A DNA stretch of 37,301 nt from Amoeboaphelidium occidentale (Eukaryota): assembly GCA_023515795.1 (NCBI GenBank), contig JALGPX010000112.1, positions 1 through 37,301 of the forward strand, given 5' to 3'. The notes beneath the pieces were generated by a model. It saw nothing but the letters and a program-made list of their open reading frames with translations, had not been told where the DNA came from and ran no database searches. The position numbers and the translations under genes were made by a program. How positions within the stretch are numbered: the stretch's first letter is position 1; each line of letters starts with the position of its first letter. Shown piece after piece: positions 21,999 to 30,329 of the stretch.

Positions 21999-22712
21999 TT
22001 ACAAGAATTCATATGAGTTTCCACTTGGAACGCGAGCATTGGCAAAGGCCAGCTTTAGAACAATCTGTAATACAGAAACGAGAACGCCAACCAAGTTTGG
22101 AGCCCAGATAAAAGCATCAAGAACAACAAACCATCCATAATAGCACCATACCAGACCATTGAGAAGACATGCGAGACTTAATGGGTATGAGAAAGAAGAA
22201 GCATCACGAGTTTCAATCACCTGTTTGAATGTTGCAAGAGGAGAAGTGTAGAACATCACCAGTAGAGCAACACAAACGTAACCAATAATGTTTTTGCGTT
22301 CCTCGAGGGAATGGTCAGCAAAAGCAATAAACGCTAAATAAGCACCGAACCACGCTGAAACAGTTCCACTCAGCCACACCAACTGAATCTGCGTGCTCTT
22401 TGAAATTTTGGACAAGGGATTCATTGAAGATGCAGCAGGAGCTATTTTGTGATAGACTGCGTATGCTGTAATAGAATAATATAATGATAAGATCAGTCCA
22501 ATTGCATTTGGCACAAACACGAATGAATCTTTGCTAATTAAACCATACAAAATCCAACCCAGAGCGTTATTAAAAGCCATAGGATATGGTAAGGGATTCA
22601 TAGACAATAGAGACGTAACGGAACTATTCTGGAGTTCCTTGACATCATTCATGGGAGCCAAGAAAATCAAAATTGCTGTGCACACTCCAACATACGGGAC
22701 AACTTGAGACAT
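21999..22712 (-). CDS. SWEET (MtN3/saliva) sugar transporter
   Basis: Two MtN3 repeats, 7 TM: FLAP...PLPY...NALGWILYG...PNAIG and YTSPL...VIETRDASSFSYPLS...NGLVWCYYG...IWAPNLVG. Confidence 0.93.
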   Translation of the reverse strand: MSQVVPYVGVCTAILIFLAPMNDVKELQNSSVTSLLSMNPLPYPMAFNNALGWILYGLISKDSFVFVPNAIGLILSLYYSITAYAVYHKIAPAASSMNPLSKISKSTQIQLVWLSGTVSAWFGAYLAFIAFADHSLEERKNIIGYVCVALLVMFYTSPLATFKQVIETRDASSFSYPLSLACLLNGLVWCYYGWFVVLDAFIWAPNLVGVLVSVLQIVLKLAFANARVPSGNSYEFL

Positions 22713-22759
22713 TTGGAGGACAAAAAAGAATGGATTCTATTTCTTCACAAGCAGAAGTA

Positions 22760-23461
22760 TCATTCAATAATTGTGAAGATCGACTCTTGAGATACTTGAG
22801 ACTCCAATAGTTCATCGTGATCATCGGAAGCTGCAGTTGAAGGGAACGTGAATGATCGGTAAAGTTTCAAATCCTTCAAGTTCTCATGTGATTCCGTGGG
22901 ACTCTTTGGTACAAGAGAAGCACAACTTGATCCTAACGAGCCTGCCGTAGATGTGAAGTTTAAACTTGTAACAGAATCAGAAAGTGTATCTGAAGATCGA
23001 GATCGTCTGGACCAAGAACGATATGGCGACTTGTCTGATATGAAAGAATTTGCTTTAGAAGAAGGCTCATCAAATTTCGGTGGCCTGTAGAGGTACGGAT
23101 GTCTTCTGCTCAGAGGTGCAGCATGTGACCGTAAAGTTCTCTGTTTTACATTTGCGAACAAAGAAAGTGACGATGGACTATTCTTTGATATCGTCTTAGT
23201 TTCTTTCAAGGATACTGTAGCTTCATTTGGAAAGACCGATGATAATCTCTCGTCTAGTTTCTGTTCCATGATCGTGTGAAGTTCCATGTAATCAACGTAA
23301 AATTGCTTTGTTCCGGCAGTATCAGACATCTTTGATATCATTGATGATATTGAGTGATGGTTGTAAAGACCAAAGTCGAATATCCTCTGTGATATATCAT
23401 GTAAGTCTACCAGATCGTAATCTCGTCTCGCATCAGTGTATAGTCTGGGTGGATGGAACAT
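22760..23461 (-). CDS. Hypothetical Ser-rich, largely disordered protein
   Basis: 233-aa ATG-started ORF filling the gap between SWEET and TAT; no recognisable domain. Confidence 0.5.
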   Translation of the reverse strand: MFHPPRLYTDARRDYDLVDLHDISQRIFDFGLYNHHSISSMISKMSDTAGTKQFYVDYMELHTIMEQKLDERLSSVFPNEATVSLKETKTISKNSPSSLSLFANVKQRTLRSHAAPLSRRHPYLYRPPKFDEPSSKANSFISDKSPYRSWSRRSRSSDTLSDSVTSLNFTSTAGSLGSSCASLVPKSPTESHENLKDLKLYRSFTFPSTAASDDHDELLESQVSQESIFTIIE

Positions 23462-23718
23462 GATCTTGATTACAAATCTTTCAACAAAACTCCTGTAATA
23501 ACGAAGAGTAGCAAAATCAAAGATGAACCTCTGGATGATGAGAAAGAAATCTGAGGAATCCAGAAGTCTCCATCAGCTTTCACCTCTTGTTTGCGTTCCG
23601 TTTCTATCATAGACTTGTTTGCTACGGCCTCCATCAACCTCCAGTGTAATGGACCTTTGAAACAACGAAAAGATCTTTAAAATTCAACATAATTATTTAT
23701 TATCGCAACGCTTCGTCA

Positions 23719-24987
23719 TCATAATGAATGCCTCTTACAAAAATCCTTAATTCTGTCATATGCAATTCGAAGCTTTTCTGGTGGAGCTGTGAACACGATT
23801 CTGAAATAGTTTTCCATCTTGAAACACTAATAATGTTAGGAGGTCGCAAAAAAAGGAGTAAAGCTTACCTGTCCTGGTAGACAAACGACAGACTCTTCGG
23901 TTAAAAGCTTCTCTGTGAATTCCAAATCATTCTTTATGTCTCGGAACTTTGATACATGAATACCAACCATCATATACATTGCACCTTGTGGAATGACTAC
24001 TTTCAAACCAGGGATACCTGATAGTAGTTCTTTGCTGATTCTGGCATTCTCCTGCAGCTTATGCAAAGTATCCTTGTAAAAGCTTTCAGGTGTTTCATTC
24101 AAGATCTTAGGAACAATGCTCTGTATTAGTGAACTTGCACCCAAAGTTCTCTGTGATAGCGACACCAAACCCTTTCTGACCTCTGAGAACAATCCATTTC
24201 TATCATGAATTAGAATCCAACCAAGTCTCCAACCAGGAACCAAATACTGCTTAGCTAAGCCACCAACAGTTAAAATGGGAACATTCTTTGAGAGTTTCGC
24301 AATAGGAACAAATTCAAAAGGATGAAAGGCCATATCAGCGTAAATCTCATCAGAAATTATAGGCAAATGACGCTTCTCGGCAAGGTTCAAAATGTCATGT
24401 AAATGCTTCTTTGAAAATACAGACCCACAAGGATTCGATGGATTATTTATCAGAATAGCCACAGTATTACCGTCAATTAGAGATTCCAAATGAGTTAAAT
24501 CAATTTCCCAGTCCTTCTCAGGAATTAAATTATAAAAGCGACACTCGATACCCAACGAAGCAGCCAATGTTTCATACAAAGAGAACCCAGGCCTTGGTAA
24601 CAGAATATTCTGACCTTCATTCCCAATTACGGATATAACAAGATCCAATGCTCCTGAACAACCACTGGCAATTATAACATCCTTCGCTTCCAATGGAGAT
24701 TCTGAGCACGAAAACTTGTTCGCAACAGCCTCTCTGACATTTTCATAACCAGTCGACGGAGGGTAACCATTCGCATTGAAGGTAGATACTTTCGCAATAA
24801 CTTCATCTACAGCAACTTGAGGAACCTTAAAATTCCCAAACACTGTCGGATCACCCAAAGCCAATGATATCTTTTCCTTTTCTGCATTTGGAACAGCTTT
24901 TAAGTTATCCACAATGTCCCTGATGGGATTCACTGTGCGCTTTGAGATTATCGACGCACTGACGGGTTTCCAGTTTTCTGTAGACAT
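23719..24987 (-). CDS. TAT: Tyrosine aminotransferase (PLP-dependent, class I); exons 24987-23869 and 23826-23719
   Basis: NPIRDIVD, ISLALGDPTVFGN, SGCSGAL, NNPSNPCGSV, SDEIY, GGLAKQYLVPGWRLGW (PLP lysine), PQGAMYMM. A 42-nt intron (23827-23868) yields the LPGQCF...YFRIV...FCKRH terminus. Confidence 0.93.
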
Positions 24988-25037
24988 TCTCGCAAAGAAA
25001 AGAGCCGCTTCAGGCCAAACCCTTTTTTGTCTTCCAA

Positions 25038-26462
25038 ATGAACAATCGATATAATCAGCAATCGCAGCCAAGAGGACCTTCGCAATTACCGCCACCGATT
25101 CACGGCTCATTCGTTGGAGGCTCTAAGCCACCAGGTTCGTTTAAATAGTTTTCTGTATATCCGCTAATGATCAGGCGGTGGATTCGGGCAGTATGGACAT
25201 TTGGTCAAAAATAATTCAAGGCAGTACGACGGAAAAGCGCTAAGAAAAGCCGTACAGCGTAGAACTATCGACCTTAATTCTACAATTGTTCGATATCTTC
25301 AGGATTATCGCATCAGGCGGAAACAAACTGATTATCCGTGGATTCACAGGCAAAAGAATTTCGTATTTGACTATTACCCAACATTCGCAAAGAAAGATTC
25401 CCTTCAGTTTGTCCATGAAAATATTCCTACACGATTTGTTCACTCTGCGATTAATAAGATCAAATGTCCCGTTAATGCTGTAAAGTATACGCCTGATGGC
25501 AGAAGGCTGATAACTGGTTTGACTTCTGGTGAATTTACCCTGTGGAATTCTGTATCTTTCAATTTCGAGACGCTGTTGCAGGCTCATGATCATCCTGTCA
25601 GGCAAATGATATGGTCGCATAATTCTGGAAGTGGAGAAGGCACAGGTGAATGGATGGTCAGTTGTGATAATGGCGGATATGTGAAATATTGGGCAAGTAA
25701 TATGAATAATGTCGCTGCGTTTCAGGCGCATAAAGATCATCCTGTTCGTAATGTTTCCCTGTCTCCTTCTGATACAAAACTTGCGACATGTTCTGATGAT
25801 GCAACCATTAGGATATTTGACTTTTTATCTTACAAAGAAGAACGCATATTAACAGGGCATGGTTGGGATGTCAGATGTATCGATTGGCATCCTTTCAAGG
25901 CACTTATTGCTTCAGGTAGTAAAGACAATATGGTAAAACTTTGGGATCCGAAATCTGGCAAGGAACTGAGCACTTTCCATGGACACAAAAATACAGTCCT
26001 TGCTTGTCAATGGAATTCTAATGGAAATTGGTTACTTGTTGGTTCAAGGGATCAAATGGTTAAATTGTACGATATCAGAGCTATGAAGGAACTTCAATCA
26101 TTCAAAGGTCACGCTAATGAAGTGAATTCGGCTGCGTGGCATCCTCATATTGAAACATTATTTGTTACTGGAGACTCTCTGGGCTCATTGTACAGTTGGG
26201 TTGTTGGGTAAGATTACTTCGAATCTTTTCAATTAATCTTTTTAGAGAAAACGAACCTGTTGGAAGATTAGAAAGCGCTCACGACTCCAATATTTGGACT
26301 TTAGATTGGCATCCAATAGGCCATGTTTTGTGCAGCGGATCGAATGATTTTCATACCAGATTCTGGACAAGACACCGACCTGAAGATGCAATGAATGATT
26401 CTTACATTGTTGGAAAATCAGAAGCTGAAATGTCTTCTAGAGGCAGACAATCGCATTATTAA
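25038..26462 (+). CDS. PFS2: Polyadenylation factor subunit 2 (Pfs2/WDR33), WD40; exons 25038-25134, 25175-26207, 26246-26462
   Basis: [66 protein letters not shown]. Introns 25135-25174 and 26208-26245 keep the frame. Confidence 0.94.
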
Positions 26463-26492
26463 AGTATTTTAGTCTATTTCTTGTTATTCTTG

Positions 26493-28916
26493 TTACTCTG
26501 CTAATTCATCTTGATTATTATTGTCACCTTCCAAGAATTCAAACTTCCTTTTAGCTGATGGAGCATCTGCGTTGAATAATTTTCTCGTCTTATCTCTGAT
26601 CGCATCAACACTTTCGTCATCTTCAGCCCATTCGATAACCAAATGTCTTCCGTACAAGTGCGTACTGGATAAATTCTCGAATGCAAGTTTGGCCTCTTGT
26701 TTCGTTAAATAGTCCACAAAAGCAAAACCTCTTTGTGTCTTATTGTCGTACTTCTTTGGCATTCGAAGTCTCTTAATCTGACCAAAAGAACCAAACAGAG
26801 TCATCAAATCTTTCTTTGTTGCTTCAAAAGGAACGTTACGGATCAACAATTTAGAGCTTTTTGCTTTAATTTCCTTTCCAGAATCTTGAGAACTCTTATC
26901 TGCTGAAGAAGATTTACGGTCTGATAGTTTAATTTGTAAAGCATGACCATCTAGCAAAGTGTTTTGGAATAGCTTGATGGCTTGATTTGCGTGTTCCATG
27001 TTATCGTATTCAACAAATCCAAAACCCATAGAAAGAGTATTCCCAGTTNNNNNNNNNNNNNNNNNNNNNGATTTACGGTCTGATAGTTTAATTTGTAAAG
27101 CATGACCATCTAGCAAAGTGTTTTGGAATAACTTGATGGCTTGATTTGCGTGTTCCATGTTATCGTATTCAACAAATCCAAAACCCATAGAAAGAGTATT
27201 CCCAGTTTTAGCATCTTTCTTTGTGGAAATAACAGCAGATCGGAATCCATGAACTCTGGAGAATAATTCTGCCAATGCTTCTTTTTTAGTTTCAAAACTC
27301 AAATTCTTGACAAACAGGCTGACTGCAGCAGAATCAGATAGTGCAGTAGTTGGTTCTGTAGCAACTGTTTCATCGGCCTCGTTATTCTCTTCTTTAGGAG
27401 CAGCTTTGCCAGTAAATACTCCGATTGGAGCCTTCTCAAGCAACAAAGGTTTACCATGAAAGTTCTTGAATGCCAATTGAGAAAACGCAGCCTTAACTTC
27501 ATTTCCGTTACTGTATTCAACCAGAGCGATAGTTCTAGTTGGAGGCAGTACAAGTCTAATAATATCACCGCATCTGCTAAATAATTCATGTAACTCATGT
27601 TCTGATGTCCTGAAAGGAATATTCTTGACCAAAATCACGGTATCACTTCTCTCCTTCATCATGTTCGCTTTGAACGCATCAACGCAAACACCATGCTCCT
27701 TCAGGAATTCAGTTGTTTCTTGTATGATATGAGTTTCAGCAAGAGCCATTCTGACTGCTAAATCACCTTGATCTGCATCTAATAATTCTCCCTTTTGAAC
27801 ACTCAACTTGTTGGCCATTGCATCAGCTATCGCATCCTGACTCATAAATAGAGAATTCCAACTACTTTCCTTCTTTGCATCTGCCTTCAATCTTTCCTGC
27901 TTCTTTCTCTGAAAATCTGTCAAATTCTCATCGTGCTGTACAGGACGTTCCTTACCAGGCAGAACATGCAACAGCCTTCCCTGAAATATCTTGTTATCCA
28001 ACTCAGAGTACGCCTGCAAAGCATTCTCTGGTAAAACATAAAGAACATAACCATATCCTCTGCACCTTTTCGTAACCTTATCCAGAGGAATATGCACTTC
28101 CGCTATAGGACCAAATTGCGCAAAATACTCCTTCAATTCCTCCTCAGTACAGGAAAAGTTCAAATTTCGAACGAATAAACGACCAGTATCCATAATAGTA
28201 TCAACTGCTTCTTCGTGTTTCTTTTCTAGTTCAGTAACATCTTCCTTTTCAGATTCTTCTCCAGATTGTGGCTGATTATCAGATGGTGGCAAAGTGTCAA
28301 TGACATTCTCTCCAGAGGTCGTTTCTCCATCGCCAGCTGCACCATCCGTATCTGAACTCAACTTCCCACTTGGAAAATCTTCATATAAATCATCATCTTT
28401 GCCTTCTTTAGAAACAATCGGAACAACAATATCCTCTTCTACTCCATTCTGTCCAGCTTGAATATCGTCATTCTGCCATACTTTCCTACTCGCGCGTGGT
28501 TTCATTATTTCCAAGAACTGTTCCAAATCCACAGAGCGTTTCTTTGCTATAGCCTTTTGCTTTTCCTCCTGTTCCTTTAGAAGCGTGCTCTTATTATCCT
28601 CTGCCTTTTGCACAGATTGCAATCTTGAATGCTTTGATCGCGACACTGGCGTCTCCTTATCACCATACGGCCTGGCATAATCTACTTCTAATCTATGCGT
28701 ATTTATAAATGTCTTGTTGAAATACTCTACAGCCAAACGTGCTTCCTCTGCCGTGCGATACCCAATAAACCCAAAATTACGCGATTTCCCTGTAGCTGTT
28801 CGCATAATCTTCGCGTCTGTTACTTCACCCTTCTGAGAGAAATGCTGACGGAATTCATCCAGCGCTAAATAATTTGGTAAATTCTTTACAATGATTCTGG
28901 AACTGTTCTGCATCAT
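26493..28916 (-). CDS. MRD1: Multiple RNA-binding domain protein 1 (Mrd1/RBM19), pre-rRNA processing
   Basis: SRIIVKNLP first RRM, TGRLFVRNL, WNSLFMS, AVRMALAETHII, LSMGFGFVEY, THLYGRHLVIEWA. Five RRMs once the assembly duplicate is removed. Confidence 0.95.
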   Translation of the reverse strand: MMQNSSRIIVKNLPNYLALDEFRQHFSQKGEVTDAKIMRTATGKSRNFGFIGYRTAEEARLAVEYFNKTFINTHRLEVDYARPYGDKETPVSRSKHSRLQSVQKAEDNKSTLLKEQEEKQKAIAKKRSVDLEQFLEIMKPRASRKVWQNDDIQAGQNGVEEDIVVPIVSKEGKDDDLYEDFPSGKLSSDTDGAAGDGETTSGENVIDTLPPSDNQPQSGEESEKEDVTELEKKHEEAVDTIMDTGRLFVRNLNFSCTEEELKEYFAQFGPIAEVHIPLDKVTKRCRGYGYVLYVLPENALQAYSELDNKIFQGRLLHVLPGKERPVQHDENLTDFQRKKQERLKADAKKESSWNSLFMSQDAIADAMANKLSVQKGELLDADQGDLAVRMALAETHIIQETTEFLKEHGVCVDAFKANMMKERSDTVILVKNIPFRTSEHELHELFSRCGDIIRLVLPPTRTIALVEYSNGNEVKAAFSQLAFKNFHGKPLLLEKAPIGVFTGKAAPKEENNEADETVATEPTTALSDSAAVSLFVKNLSFETKKEALAELFSRVHGFRSAVISTKKDAKTGNTLSMGFGFVEYDNMEHANQAIKLFQNTLLDGHALQIKLSDRKXXXXXXXXTGNTLSMGFGFVEYDNMEHANQAIKLFQNTLLDGHALQIKLSDRKSSSADKSSQDSGKEIKAKSSKLLIRNVPFEATKKDLMTLFGSFGQIKRLRMPKKYDNKTQRGFAFVDYLTKQEAKLAFENLSSTHLYGRHLVIEWAEDDESVDAIRDKTRKLFNADAPSAKRKFEFLEGDNNNQDELAE
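26911..27207. repeat. Direct duplicate across N-gap (26911-27048 vs 27070-27207) inside MRD1
   Basis: 138-nt copies with one synonymous substitution around Ns 27049-27069. Confidence 0.88.
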
Positions 28917-28996
28917 CGCTTGATGGAAGCTGAATCAAAGAGCAAAGAAAGAGAAAAGATTCCATTAGAAAATGTATTACAGACAAAAAAAAAGAA

Positions 28997-30259
28997 TTAC
29001 AATTTCTTTCTGTATCTTCTCTTGTATGTTCTCGTATTGGTTTCATTCTCTTCTTTCATCTGATTACTATCTTCCTGTTGCTGTTGTTGGTGTAAATCAT
29101 TTGATACAATCTTGAATATCTCACTTATAGAATCTTCATTATTCTGCTGATTACTAACTGAATTCTTTAGAGCAGATATAGAAGTAGAATCACATGATCC
29201 TCCTCCATCATTAGTAGACAACGTTCCAGAGAATCTCCTTCTGATTTTCCCCTTTACAGCAGAACTATTAACATTCTTTAATTCTTCCATTTCCTTTTGC
29301 AACTTATCAACTTCTTCTTTTCTTTCCTGTTTCAATTGTTCTACTAATTTTCCTAATTGACAAATATCATCTTCCAATTCCTTATTTCTCTCATTAACAT
29401 TTAAATATAAATTCTTGAATACAGAAACTTCATCCTTTTCTTTTTCAATTAATTCCAGACGTTCTTGTAATTCCTGTAATTCTTTTTCTTTTAATTTCTT
29501 ATAATCATCATATTCCTTTTGTATCAGTGAATTTTCATGTTGCTGATTCTCTACAACATTTTCCATTTCTACAATTCTCTGCTGACTGTTCTTTTCCTGT
29601 TTCTGTAATTCCTTCTTTACAGTTTCTAATTCCAATTTATAATCTTTTAATTCTTCTTCTAATTTGCTCTTTTCATTCTTTAATTCTTTTACTAATTCCA
29701 TACTCTTTTCCCTTTCTTCAAGAGAATTATTCTCAATTAAATCAATTCTTCTTAGAATAGAATTACTACGTTCTTCTAATGATTTCATACACAATAAATA
29801 ATCATTTAATTCCATTGAATATTTCATCTTTTGTAAATTAACTTGATCCTTCCACTCATTTTCCTTTGTAGATAATTTCAATTCAGAATCTTTTAAAAGT
29901 AAATTGTAATTCTGAATTTGGCTGTTGTATTCCATCAGAGTATTCTTAAGATTCTTCAAAGGAATATCATCCCAGTCTTTTAGCAGGAGAGTTGTATTCT
30001 TTTGAGTCTGTACAGATGGTGACTGAGAATGACTAAGAGATTGTGGTACTTTGAATTCATTAGTATTCTTCTTTTGAATTGGAGTTGAAACAGGAGAAAT
30101 AATTCCCTTATGTGAAGTTGGTTGTGGTTGTTGTGGTTGTTGTGGTTGTGGTTGTTGATTACCGAATAATCCCAGTTTGTTTGGTTTGAATAGATTTCTC
30201 ATTACATCTGAATTACTACTTCCATTTCCAGTTGGATGATGATTTCTTTGTGATATCAT
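28997..30259 (-). CDS. Hypothetical coiled-coil protein (~420 aa)
   Basis: First ATG at 30259 (MISQRNHH). Q/P/S-rich N-terminus with SP/TP sites, ~230-aa E/K/L-rich heptad region, basic C-terminal tail RTYKRRYRKKL. Confidence 0.75.
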   Translation of the reverse strand: MISQRNHHPTGNGSSNSDVMRNLFKPNKLGLFGNQQPQPQQPQQPQPTSHKGIISPVSTPIQKKNTNEFKVPQSLSHSQSPSVQTQKNTTLLLKDWDDIPLKNLKNTLMEYNSQIQNYNLLLKDSELKLSTKENEWKDQVNLQKMKYSMELNDYLLCMKSLEERSNSILRRIDLIENNSLEEREKSMELVKELKNEKSKLEEELKDYKLELETVKKELQKQEKNSQQRIVEMENVVENQQHENSLIQKEYDDYKKLKEKELQELQERLELIEKEKDEVSVFKNLYLNVNERNKELEDDICQLGKLVEQLKQERKEEVDKLQKEMEELKNVNSSAVKGKIRRRFSGTLSTNDGGGSCDSTSISALKNSVSNQQNNEDSISEIFKIVSNDLHQQQQQEDSNQMKEENETNTRTYKRRYRKKL

Positions 30260-30311
30260 TTCAAAAAGAAAAGTGGGGAGAAATGTTTTGTTAGTTTTTA
30301 TAGTAACTGAA

Positions 30312-30327
30312 ACGCGAAAACGCGAAA
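30312..30327. promoter_or_regulatory. Tandem ACGCGAAA x2, SCB/MCB-like G1/S element candidate
   Basis: ACGCGAAAACGCGAAA lies ~55 nt upstream of the coiled-coil gene ATG and matches the CRCGAAA consensus twice in CpG-poor DNA. Confidence 0.45.
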
Positions 30328-30329
30328 AT

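Noticed and set aside
24988..25110. 41-aa N-terminal extension of TAT in the ORF track
   Set aside because: It overlaps the reconstructed PFS2 exon 1 on the opposite strand, and TAT-like sequence begins at MSTENW (24987).
26911..27207. Extra partial RRM in MRD1
   Set aside because: Near-identical copy flanking an N-gap, so an assembly artefact.
3083..29760. Numerous short ORFs antisense or out of frame to the called genes (e.g. 3991-4491, 9712-10065, 20681-20989, 25240-25740)
   Set aside because: Shadow frames of well-supported genes with no motifs of their own.
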